Positions 25,190-36,955 of a stretch of 64,000 nt of DNA are shown here, piece by piece (the stretch's first letter is position 1; each line of letters starts with the position of its first letter). The DNA lies in the NCBI RefSeq assembly GCF_006345805.1, contig NC_043001.1, forward strand, positions 9,858,001 through 9,922,000, given 5' to 3'. The notes under the pieces were generated by a model that had not been told where the DNA came from, made no database searches, and worked only from the letters and a program-made list of their open reading frames with translations. The stretch is from Octopus sinensis (Eukaryota). The translations under genes and the position numbers were made by a program.

Positions 25190-25500
25190 CCCCCACTATA
25201 CTCTGTAAAATGGTTGTTGACATCTGGCATTGAAGGACATTTGGCACTAAAAGGACACTTGGCATTAAAAGGACATCTGGCATTAAAAGGACATCTGGCA
25301 TTAAAAAGACATCTAAAAGGACATCTGGCATTAAAAGGGCATCTGGCATTCAAAAGACATCTGGCATTAAAAGGACATCTGGCATTAAAACCAAGCAAAA
25401 ATAGACAGTGGAGCATGGTGCAGTGCTCTGGCTTGCCAGCTCCTGTTAAACCATCCAGCCATGCCAGCATAGAAGATGAGCATTAGATGATGATTATGAA
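25190..25500 (+). mobile_element. SINE family C carrying an internal 18-bp minisatellite (about 25224-25390)
   Basis: cccactatactctgtaaaatggtt, then (catctggcattaaaagga)n, then ggagcatggtgcag..gatgatgatt. Confidence 0.8.
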
Positions 25501-25728
25501 TTTAAGTAGTAGGGAAACAGCAGATGAAATGTTGAGTGTGGTAACAGCTGTGTGTGCCTTACTGCAGCATTCATGGTATGAAGTGAGCCTTTATTGGGAG
25601 CAAATACAGAGTGGACAAAAATCCCCAAGTCTGACTGGTTTTTGTGATCTGTGGGTATAATCTGCTAGTTTCAGCTGTAATACCAACTGCATTCTTATAC
25701 TTTGTGACTTTTGCTCCATCTCGTATGT

Positions 25729-25958
25729 TTAACCCTTTTGTTACCATATTTCTGTTGAGATGTTCTGTGTTTCTTTCAATTAATTTTAGATATAACAAAG
25801 AATTTAGTAAAATAACTTGGTTATCATTAAGCTAGTGTTAGGAACATAAATTGTGAATAAGGTTTGATGGAAGATTTTGATTCAGAACTTTTGAAAACAA
25901 GACATTTGTACTACAGAGCCAGAACCGGTTTCAGCCGGGTTGATATCAAAAGAGTTAA
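25729..25958. mobile_element. TTAA-flanked MITE, second family
   Basis: ttaacccttttg ... caaaagagttaa termini; interior unlike 9346/10360. Confidence 0.7.
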
Positions 25959-26044
25959 AGATAGTAGTGGCCTATAAATAAAGCTTACCCTGCTACTTTG
26001 CTGAGCTACCAGCCATACTGGATGTTGTATTTTGGAAACTTCTG

Positions 26045-26432
26045 TCTGGTAAGAAGCTTGGTTCCGGGTTCAGTCCCACTGTGAGGCACCTTGGGCAAGT
26101 GTCTTCTACTATAGCCTTGGGTTGACCAAAGCCTTGTGAGTGGATTTGGTAGACGGAATCTTAAAGAAGACTGTCGTTTATATATATATATGTGTGTGTG
26201 TATGTAGCAAATGTATACAAATGTATGTATGTATGTTTGTCTGTGCTTTGTTCCCCCACAATTGCTTGACAACCGATGTTGGTGTGTTTACGTCCCCCGT
26301 AACTTAACAGTTTGGCAATAGGAACTGATAGAATTAGCACTAGGCTTACAAAGAATAAGTCCTGGGCTCGATTTGTTCAGCTAAAGGCACTGCTCCAGCA
26401 TGGCCACAGTCTAATGATTGAAACAAGTAAAA
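26045..26432 (+). mobile_element. SINE family A
   Basis: Head, CORE-like block, internal TA/TG repeat, tail. Confidence 0.85.
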
Positions 26433-28261
26433 GAAACGATACCAATAGAGGAGGACAAAAACCACTCAGCGACACAAATGGAACTGAGGCCCTACAAAAG
26501 ATAATCAGAAACAGATGCTTGGTGCAGCATGGAGAAATACCTCTTGGTTGTGGCTACTTGGAAATGATCCAGTGAACCATTTGAACCATTTTAATTATTC
26601 ATTGGTGTTCATACTGTTAGATATTTCTGTATACAATATCTGTTTCTAGCTTCAAGCTAACATTAGCAAATTGCTACCAACTTTCTGTCTATAAAGCAAA
26701 GTGGTTTCCAAGATGTTTTTGGTTACTAACTAGTGATCAGCTTTAAAATGTTGAAATGGTTCCAAACCCAAAAGTATGGTCAGGGGTTCAAAGTTGAACA
26801 GATTCCGTTATGAGGACCAAGTCACATTGAAAAAGCCTCTCCTGATCTGCCATTTTGTCATCAGAACTTCAATGTCAAAAAGTGAGCTGAAGACAACCCT
26901 AATATACGCACCTAACTGTGTGTGTACAAGCACGCACACACACACGCACACACACACACACACACAAACACACTTATTTATCTGTACACTAAGTTATTCG
27001 CTCGCTGTCCCATGTCTTAGAACACAACAATGTGGAAAGAGAGAAATGAAAGAAACGGTTGAGTGTCATGGTTGGATGTTGATAGAAAGGGTAATTTTCC
27101 TTGATTGCAGCTTTTACTTCAATTAATTTGTTATTAACATTGTATTTTATTCAATCTAGAAAACACTTCATCAAGTAACTGGGAAATTTAGTATTTGTTT
27201 CCCCTTCAAGACGTTTGCAATTTATATAATGAATTTGAGGGCACCTTAAATGAAGAATCACATATAATGTTATATAAATGGTTTCAAATGTTTTGGGAGA
27301 CCATGGCTCACCGTTGCTTAGCTTGTTCATTAGTGCCTGACAGAATCAGATCTATGCAAAAGTGTGAAATTTTAGAAAGGAAGGCACCAAGTTTTGAATA
27401 GAAGCACATTGATAACACACCTGATCATGCCTGTAAATTTGTCTTGAAAATTTAGCTCAAACAAGCTAACACTGAATTAATTCTTGAAGAAAATATCTTG
27501 CAGAGCTAATGTGACATGAATAAATAAATATGCTAAGGTTAATGATTACATTAAAATAAAATTCTTGCAGCTTATTCAACAGGCCCAGTCTTTTGCTTAA
27601 GGTCAGTGGCTCACAATTAAGTTTCATTTTAATAAATTGCTTTAATTTTAAAACAAATTATTTTTGGCAATCTTCTTTTTAATAAATTGCTTCAGTTTAA
27701 GAACAACAAAAAAATATTTAATTTTTTTCACCAACTACAAAATTTTTAACAACCTCTTTTTTTTAATAAACTGCTTCGGTTTTGAAGTGAATTATTTTAG
27801 CTTTGCAAAATACAACAGGAAAAAAATAATAATAAAGAAAGATCTGTTGGCATACTGAATGCTCATAATGTGACTGTCAGCGTTTAACTGTCAGCATTTT
27901 GTCTTGTCGGCATTTCTCTGTAGACATTCCGTCTGCACACATTATGATTCACACAAACACAGTCTGTTGTCATGCAACAATGCTTATAATAATAATTAGA
28001 TGATTTTTCTATTGAATTTGGTTTGTTATTGATCCAAAAGATATTTCCTAATCAGATCTAGAATAATTAATGCCCACTGTTGGTAAGAGATGATAGCATT
28101 TTCTAGAAGACTCAACAATCGTTATTTAGCCCTGGGTCATTCCTAACCCAGCACAGACCTACAGTTTGAACTACTTGTGGTGTGGTCCATTGTTTAGCAT
28201 TTTGACTTCATTGTCTTTTTGCCATAATCATTGTCCAATAAAAAAAAAAATTAGGTTTATG

Positions 28262-28590
28262 GGCTCAGGCATGGCCATGCAGTTAAGACATTTGCTTTCC
28301 AAATATTTGGCTTCAGGTTCAGTCCCACAACACAGCACTATATTTTTGGCATGCGCCTTCTGCCGCTGCTCCAGGCTGGCAAAAACCTTGTGAGTAGATT
28401 TGGCTGGCAGAAACTGTGAGGAAGCCTGTTGAAGGCATGGATGTGTGGCAAGAAGTTTGCTTGCCAACCTCAAAGTTCCTGGTTCAGTCCCACTGTGTGG
28501 CGCCTAGCCGTGTGTATTCTACTATAGCTTCTGGCTAAACAAAACCTTGTGATTGAATTTGGTAAATGGAATCAGAAAGAAGCCCATCAT
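28262..28590 (+). mobile_element. Two tandem SINE family A 5' halves
   Basis: Two ggttcagtcccac..aaaaccttgtga blocks. Confidence 0.65.
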
Positions 28591-28591
28591 A

Positions 28592-29615
28592 TATCATCAT
28601 CATCATCATCATCATCATTTAACGTCCACTTTCCATGCTAGCATGGGTTGGACGGTTCAACTGGGGTCTGGGGAGCCCGAAGGCTGCACCAGGCCAGTCA
28701 GATCTGGCAGTGTTTCTACAGCTGGATGCCCTTCCTAACGCCAACCACTCCGAGAGTGTAGTGGGTGATTTTATGTGCCACCGACACAGGTGCCAGACGA
28801 GGCTGGCGAACGGCCACGCTCGGATGGTGTTTTTATGTGCCACCGACACAGGTGCCAGACGAGGCTGGCGAACGGCCACACTCGGATGGTGTTTTTATGT
28901 GCCACCAACACAGGTGCCAGACGAGGCTGACGAACGGCCACGATCGGATGGTGTTTCTTACGTGCCCACAGCACGGAGGCCAGTCGATGCGGTACTGGCT
29001 ACGGCCACGTTCGGATGGTTTTCTTGTGTGCCACCGGCACTGGTACCACAAAGATACAAATTCCATTGATGTTCATCTATTTTGATTTGATTTGATTTGA
29101 TTTGATCACTTGTCTCAACAGGTCTTCACAACTGTCACAAGAAGGAAGGTATGCACAGGTGGACTGACTACGTCCCAAGTAGAGGCCACGGGTTATGGCC
29201 TGACTAGTCTTGCCGGGTCTTCGGATGGTGCTTTTATGTGCCACCGACACAGGTGCCAGATGAGGCTGGCGAACGGCCACGATCGGATGGTGTTTGTTAT
29301 GAGCCCACAGCACAGAGGCCAGTCGATGCGGTACTGGCTACGGCCATGTTCGGATGGTTATCTTGTGTGCCACCGGCCCTGGTACCACAAAGAACAAATT
29401 CCATTGATGTTCATCTATTTTGATTTGTTTTGATTTGATCACTTGCCTCAACAGGTCTTCACAAGTGTCACAAGAAGGAAGGTATGCACAGGCGGACTGA
29501 CTACGTCCCAGGTAGGGGCCACGGGTTATGGCCTGACTAGTCTTGCCGGGTCTTCAGATGGTGTTTTTATGTGCCACCGACACAGGTGCCTGATGAGGCT
29601 GGCGAACGGACATGA
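28592..29615 (-). mobile_element. Long SINE family C element with ~62-bp subrepeats and a 333-bp internal tandem duplication
   Basis: (CAT)n tail on + at ~28594-28618; subrepeats start at 28775, 28837, 28899, 28962, 29028; gactagtc at 29202 and 29535. Confidence 0.85.
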
Positions 29616-29629
29616 TCATATACATACAT

Positions 29630-29862
29630 GTGGGTGTGTGACTTTATGTCCCTGGTCCCCCCCACCCACACACTGCTTATCAACTGGTGTCAGTGTGTTT
29701 ACATCCCCCATAACTTAGTGATCAGCAAAAGTGACCGATAGAATAAATGCCAGCTTTAAGAAGAAAATAAGTGGTAGGGTCAGTTCATTTTATGGAAATT
29801 CCTTCAAGGCAGTGCTCCAGCAGGGCTGCAATCAAATGACTGAAACAAGTAAAAGAATAAAA
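29630..29862 (+). mobile_element. SINE family A 3' half
   Basis: gtgtttacatccccataacttag..aaatgactgaaacaagtaaaag. Confidence 0.75.
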
Positions 29863-32090
29863 GAATATATATATATATTCTTTTATTCTTTTATTTGTTT
29901 TAGTCATTTGACTGTGGCCATGCTAGGGCACCACCTTTAGTCAAGCCAATCAGCCTCAGGATTTTGAAATGAACAATGTTGTTCATTTCAAGTATTCTAC
30001 GGAATGCAATTTCTGGCCCCGGGGAATTATTTACTTGCTGGGAAAAGAGGTGAGGGTTAGCAATTGAAAGGGCATCTGATTGTAGAAAGTCTGCCCCAAG
30101 ACATTTCATCTGACCCATGAAAACATGGAAAGATGGACACAAGTGAGGATGATGATAATAATGATGGTGTGTGTGTATGTGTGTGTGTGTGTTTGTTTAC
30201 ATGGATGCTGTACACAAGTGACCATCTATGTGCAGCAGTGTTAACCCTTCTGTCAACATGTTGTCCACTTGTTTTGCATCTTCAAAGATGAGTGAAATAA
30301 AAGACCCCCCCCAAACTTGAAAAACAGTTAAGAGTTAGCAACAAGAAGGGCATCCAACTGGAAAACAACGCCTGAATAATATATTTGTACAAACACAGCT
30401 AACATGGAAAAATGGACAAAGAAATAAAAAAGAAAATGAACAAAAGAATTAAAAAGAGGAATAAAGTAAAAATAATAAACCAATATAATTCATATTCCAT
30501 GTGACTTAGATGAAAGAAATTTTTAAAACTTCATAGTCCTCCCATTATATTTTGAAATTTGTCCAAGCAAACCCACCCTATGAAGTTTTTATTTGTTTAT
30601 TCATTTATTTATTTATTAGTGGGGGGAACATTTAAAATATCATTTTCTGCTTCAATTTTTCCGAACATCCAAGCATTTCGCTATCAATCCAATACAGTAT
30701 TGTTCATGTATTTAATACACATTAAAGGGAGATTTACACTAATCTCTATATGCAAAGAAAAATATTGAACTTCCTTTCATTAAATATTTTCCAGATTTCT
30801 GCATTTAAGGTTTGCTTTAGGCTTATTTCTTTTACATATTTTTGTCAATAAAAAAGCAATTTCCTATTTTGAATCTTACATTATATGAAATAGATTTGAC
30901 AAATCTGACAAACCGTATTATAACAGCAGTTTATAAAATGAAGTTGAAAAATCTTTAAAGCCATCTATTATCTTCTTTATTACAGCTTTGTCTCTTTGTA
31001 CAAATGTAGGGCATGAATATCTTCATATTCTACTTGGGTATTATTTTCGTTTTTGTTTTACAATTTTCTACTTGTTTTAATGGATTTTCAGTCAATATAT
31101 TGCACCAAGAGGAAATTAGTTTTCTCAAAGAGCAGAACAGCTTAAATATGGGTTAGTTTATAAAATCTCTTTAATATTATTATTGACCAAAAATATCTCT
31201 GTCCTTAGTTGTCAAATTCTTTACTTTCACTTACTGAAATTTCATTAGAATTCAAATACAATATCTTCAATTTTCTTAAAGTGTTTCAATAGAATTTTTT
31301 TTTGTCTTTTTGTCTTTTCAAAAATGATTCAGTCATCATTGAATTCTTTTTTTTTTTATTATTTTCTTTTAAAGATTTTTCCAAATTTCAATTAAGCTTG
31401 ATTGTGTGTTCATTTCGAAAACTGTGTGTTAAGTGAGAAAGAACTGACTTCCTCTCTAAAACAATTGATTTTGCTTTTCCCACAGTTTTTCTAACCATTC
31501 AGCTAACAAAGCAAAATATAAGTCAAAGATTAAACTTATTCATACCTATTTAACAATTATTTAGTCTTTACACGGTATTACTATGCCATGAATACATTCA
31601 GATCTATATATGTGTATATATAATAGAAATTGGTGCTGAAACTCTCATATCTTGCCAGCTTATTGATGTTAAAGTAATTGATAAGCTGCAAGCCGTTATT
31701 GAAATAGTTAGCCATTTGGGAAAACCCTTTGAAATGTTATCTACAGCCAATATCAGTTACCTGGTGGTAGAATAGATGAATAGTTCGACATCTTAGCTAG
31801 TATTCAGCAGAAAATTATGCAGTGATATGCTTATGTAAAGGGGTTGGGGGTTTGAGAATGTATTTTATTCAGGGAGAAAATTAGCTGGCTTCGGCTGGTT
31901 AGTTATTGATTCAAACACAGTGTAGTGGAAAATACAACCAATGTCATATCAGATGTTTTAGAAGATTAGGAAATTTCATAAACTATCATTTCAGGTTTGT
32001 TTTTTTTTTTTTGTCCGTAAGATAAAAAAAATGTAAAACTATGTAAATGTCCCCTTAGTCCACAAGAGATTTTTAAGAGCTAATGCTTAC

Positions 32091-32172
32091 CTTTGGTTCC
32101 CAAGTATAAAGCTAATCTATTACCGGCAACTTTCTTTAATAACTGGGTCCCTATTCTTGAAAGCCATATGAA
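32091..32172 (-). other. Candidate 82-nt exon (FIWLSRIGTQLLKKVAGNRLALYLGTK-G), unassigned
   Basis: Acceptor tttctacattacttcag, donor AAG|gtaagc, one open frame; no partner exons found. Confidence 0.25.
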
Positions 32173-33121
32173 CTGAAGTAATGTAGAAACTCAATGAAAT
32201 ACCAACAGCTGGAATGTGCTTCCTGTTCCCAACTACTTTAAAGAGTGTACTGGGTGCAGTTCCTCATGGCGTTAAGTCCTCAACAGGACAAGACTAAAAG
32301 GTCCTCTCAACTCAAAACATTCACCACTCCTCTGATGTCCACTTTGTAGTGTATACTGGGTGCATATTTGTTGGACCAGCACTAGAGAGGAGTTCAAGTC
32401 CTTGGTGAGACGGGATTAAAGGAACATATCAACACCGATTTTCCCCTGCTTGTTCAGTAGTCAGTCCCTTTAGTGGGTGTGCAAAAAAGGGCTTTTGCTG
32501 TGGCATCAACATAGAAATTGGGCAGTTCCTTCAATTTCTCATTGATCAAAGACGTTCCACTCCTGACTATCCCATCTTTTTGTGCATCTAGCATTACATA
32601 ATCTATTTTTAATTTTTAATTTTTTAAAGACAGCATTTGAGGAAGATTTTGGCTGCTATTTCTAGTAGGTTGTAAAAGTGTATAGTGGCTCCCCTTCAAT
32701 CCAAAATAATGTCCTAGATAAAATGAAAGAGTTTATACATCTTCAGTTTAGCTTCAAGTTAGAAAGAATGATTGTTATGGTAGTTCCGGAAACATAACTT
32801 TACTCAACCATTAGCAATGTTTTGTAAAAATCATACAATATTTAGAATATATTTTAAGAGTTACAGCTTTATGTCGAAAATATTCTTTGGCGTTTGCGTG
32901 ATCAATTTTTATAGCATTTTCATACAAATATATCTTTTCCAGAGAGGGAAAAAAAAATTCTATTTTTGTTTTATGACATGTCTTCAGCAAGATTTCGTTG
33001 ATGAACGTACAGTTTTCATATATTTGATTGCTATTTTTTTAAGTTAGTTTTCGTTAAAATTTATTTTTACCTACTACTTATGACAAAAACAGAAATTAAT
33101 AATAACAATAATAATAATAAC

Positions 33122-33155
<34 letters not shown>

Positions 33156-33799
33156 TTAATAGTAATAATAATAATAATAACAATAATAATAGTAATAAAA
33201 CTAAAAGGCTAAAAAAGATGAAAAAAAATCATTGAAAATATATTTTCATTGTAGATTTTACTTTCCTTTTTATCTTTTATAAATTTTCTCTTTGTTTAGA
33301 CATTTTTTTATTCACCCATAAAAATGTCAGATTTCTTTGAAAGTATTCATTACTGTCTATCGGAGCTGTATTTAGTAATTTGGAAGAGCCATTAACTCAA
33401 AAACAAGCAACCAGTATTCTTGTTGTGTCCAGGCTGTTATGCAGTTAGTCAATATTTTGCCTTGATAACACCATATCGTTACATTCAGAGTTAAACTTGT
33501 ATGGCTTAACATTCAGACAGAAGGAAATGTTTATAAATGCTTTATACAAGTACTATGCGAAATTTGTTTCTTGTACGATTATTATTCATTATACCAAATT
33601 TTATTTATATTTTATTTTTATGTCTATGATGGTTTCCTGTTTAAAAAGAGTGCTTCTACCTGAATTTTTAGAATTTCTTCTCATTATTTTTTAATAGTTC
33701 TATATAAAGTCAGTTAAATTTTCTGCAATTTATGTTCAAAGCACTTGTCAGAGTCAAAAACAACGGCAAGAATCGTAATAAAAATAGTATTTCTTTCTA

Positions 33800-33985
33800 A
33801 TTTTGGCTCGAGTGTAGGTGGTCAGGCATTTATGCTGACCCCTTGTGCTTGGTTGGAACTTTATTTTATCAACTCTGAAAGGATGAAAGGCAAAGTTGAC
33901 CTGAACAGGATTTGAACTCAGAACACAGAGCTAGAAGAAATGTCACAAGCATTTTGTCTGATGCAATAATGGTTCTGCCAGCATG
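33800..33985 (-). mobile_element. Degenerate SINE family B
   Basis: gaaaggatgaaaggcaaagttgacc..gatttgaactcag. Confidence 0.7.
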
Positions 33986-34220
33986 CTGCTGTTGTTGTTG
34001 TTAAGCAACAAGACGGGTAAGGGTGATTACGTGATGGTCTAGGGCTTAGAGGCGGGAGACCCCACACCTTGGAAAGTAAAAAAGAAAAAAAACTTTGGTC
34101 GTCTTGTTGTAGTTGAGGGCTTTTCATTAACACCCGACACCACTGGGAGGTGGCCCTCGAAGTCGCTGGAAATGGAGATCTCCAGGTCCAAATTCTTGAA
34201 CAGCTTCTGGTGATGGCTGT

Positions 34221-34388
34221 TTCAAGTTTTGGTGTGGTAAGTGGCTTGTTTACCAACCACATGGTTCTGGGTTCAATCTCACTGAGTGGCACCTTGGGCA
34301 AGTGACTTCTGCTATAGCCCCGGGCCGACCAATGCCTTGTGAGTGGATTTGGTAGGCGGAAACTGAAAGAAGCCTGTCGTATATAAGT

Positions 34389-34419
<31 letters not shown>

Positions 34420-34642
34420 GTGTGTATATGTTTGTGTGTCTGTGTTTGTCCCTCTAGCATTGCTTGACAACCGATGCTGGTGTGTTTATGTCCCCGTCAC
34501 TTAGCGGTTCGGCAAAAGAGACCGATAGAATAAGTACTGGGCTTACAAAGAGAAAGTCCTGGGGTCGATTTGCTCGACTAAAAGGCGGTGCTCCAGCATG
34601 GCCACAGTCAAATGACTGAAACAAGTAAAAGAGTAAAGAGTA
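34221..34642 (+). mobile_element. SINE family A, young subfamily, 5' end clipped
   Basis: gctatagccccgggccgaccaatgcc and ccctctagcattgc diagnostics. Confidence 0.9.
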
Positions 34643-35257
34643 ACTGCATTATTGAAACCTCAAAACTCTGAAATAAGAAATGATTAATTTAAAACAATGT
34701 GAATTGGTAAATGTTTCGTTTGACTGAGTAATCTGAACACCACAGGGTTAAAAAGAGGCTGGCAGTGTTTAATTGGTCTGAGAATATTGGTTCACTCGGA
34801 ATTGTAGCAATTCAGACGATGGTTCCACTTGATTTTCACAAGAATGTGCAAACAAAAGAAATAAATATCAAACGTAAAATGAAATTTACTATTATTTTAC
34901 TAAAAAGTTTGTGCGTAAACATGTTTTTTTTTTTAAAAATACTGTGCTAATCAACATAATTAGTCTAAAAGAATTATTTTTTAATCAGTAAGTTTTCCTA
35001 ATGTCTGATGCAGTGCTTGAGAGAGTGTGCCATATTTTTATTCATCATCATCATCCATCATCATCATCATCTGTACATTATTGCCTCAAGTCCTTGGACT
35101 CATAGAATTGGTTACCCGATTTCCATATTATGGGAAAAGTAAAAGAAACTGGCAGCACTCTTTTGGTTACCATGACATGTGTTCTATTTGATGTCATCAA
35201 TGGAACGACCTACTCATGAAATTAGCATGCAAGTAGTTCAGTACTCTATACCGTTAG

Positions 35258-35529
35258 TCACTCACATACCCTTAATAACACACATACCCTTAATAACACA
35301 CATACCCTTAATAACACACATACTCTTAATAACTGACATACCCTTAATGATACTCATACCTCTAATGGCACTCATACCCTTAATAGCACACATGCCCTTA
35401 AAGACACACATACCCTTAATAACAGACATACTCTTAATAATGGACATACTCTTAATTACACGCATACCCTTAATGACATTCATACCCTTAATAACACACA
35501 TACCCTTAATGACACACATACTCTTAATG
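35258..35529. repeat. 18-bp minisatellite (acacacatacccttaata)n, about 15 units
   Basis: Direct reading; produces the THIPLI-repeat ORF in the track. Confidence 0.95.
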
Positions 35530-35664
35530 TAGTTTTCAAGTAGATTTAGCATTACACAGAACATGATAGAGTTGGCCCTTTGAAATACATCTCATTCTAT
35601 CCTGCGGAAAGGACTGGAGCAATGTGAAATAGTGTGTCTTGCTCAAGAACACAAGGCACTCCAG

Positions 35665-36052
35665 ACATTTGGCTGTGGCCATGCTGAAGCACCACCTTTA
35701 GTCAAGCAAATCAACCCCAGGACTTATTCTTTGCAAGCTTAGTACTTATTCTATTGGTCTTTTTTGACAAACCGGTAAGCTACAGGAACGTAAACACATC
35801 ACCATCGGTTGTCAAGTGATGGTGGGGGGACAAATACAGAGACACAAACATACACACACACATACATATATATATATAAATATATATATACAATGGGCTT
35901 CTTTCAGTTTCCGTCTACCAAATCTACTCACAAGGCTTTGGTCAGCCTGAGGCTATAGTAGAAGACACTTGCCCAAGGCGACACAGTGGGACCGAACCTA
36001 GAACCATGTGGTTGGTAAGCAAGCTACTTACCACATAGCCACTCCTGCACCT
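35665..36052 (-). mobile_element. SINE family A
   Basis: Reverse-complement head ..ccacatagccactcctgcacct. Confidence 0.9.
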
Positions 36053-36865
36053 ACGGAACTTGCTACCATTATTTTGTTTTCGCTAAGTCTATTTTATTCG
36101 GTCCTTTAAGATATTTGTCAATTGACATCTTTTAAATTTGTCGTGGGCCCCTTATCACAGTTCTTTGCAGTCCCTTATGCTTCAGCTGCCACAAACTTTG
36201 TTTGGGGCAAGATCATATGATTAGATAAATTAAGTCGACCTGTCGCATCAGCTGAAAATCTTTCGGTCTGTTATGATTACAACGATGGAACACAAACTTT
36301 AAAAGGTCGACTATGGTGGGACATTATGCCGATAACGGTCAAGACAAAGATAAATGACAATGGTTGGTTGACCAATATAATGAAAACATTCTATGAATAA
36401 TGATCAACATGCTGACCACTTTCATATCTGCATAACCAAACACAAGTTGGTCGTCCTTCCGGTCAGTCCTTCAGTTGGCTTTCGCAATAACAACAACAAC
36501 AACAACAACAGCAGCAACAACAACAGCATCAACAAATTGTGCGGCTGTTCTTTAGTACGTTTTATGTACAAACTACATTACAAAGTATTTGTTTTTGTTC
36601 AGCTGTATTTGTACTGCTAATGTTAGGCCAAATATTACAAGGCTTAAGAAGCATGTTGCCAATTGTCAATAATAACGATTTTCTTGTGCTGGCAAAAGAC
36701 TACAAATGAGGAATGGGGTGGGGGTGGTGGGGTTGGGGTGGGGGTGGGATGGGAGTGCATGGGGTGGGGGAGCTGGAATCAATTCCATCGATCTCTCTTC
36801 GTACTTTGTACTTATTCATCTCGACAAGATGAAAGACAAATTTGACAGATTGAATTGAACCTTAG

Positions 36866-36887
36866 CACACACACACATACACACACA

Positions 36888-36952
<65 letters not shown>
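36866..36952. repeat. (CA)n microsatellite
   Basis: Direct reading. Confidence 0.95.

Positions 36953-36955
<3 letters not shown>

Noticed and set aside
27195-27401. 68-codon ORF with a possible AAG acceptor
   Set aside because: Non-ATG start, no homology recognised, no linked exons.
29160-29190. gtcccaag word as in twister ribozyme loop L4
   Set aside because: The flanking P4, T2 and UAA elements required for twister cannot be placed.
28619-29718. Cluster of overlapping Cys/His-rich ORFs and a CRISPR-like regular repeat
   Set aside because: GC-rich SINE subrepeats keep several frames open. There are no unique spacers and no cas genes, and the DNA is eukaryotic.
31092-31151. 60-nt phase 1-1 exon candidate (NILHQEEISFLKEQNSLNM)
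   Set aside because: Moderate splice sites, and its phase does not join the 38559 candidate.
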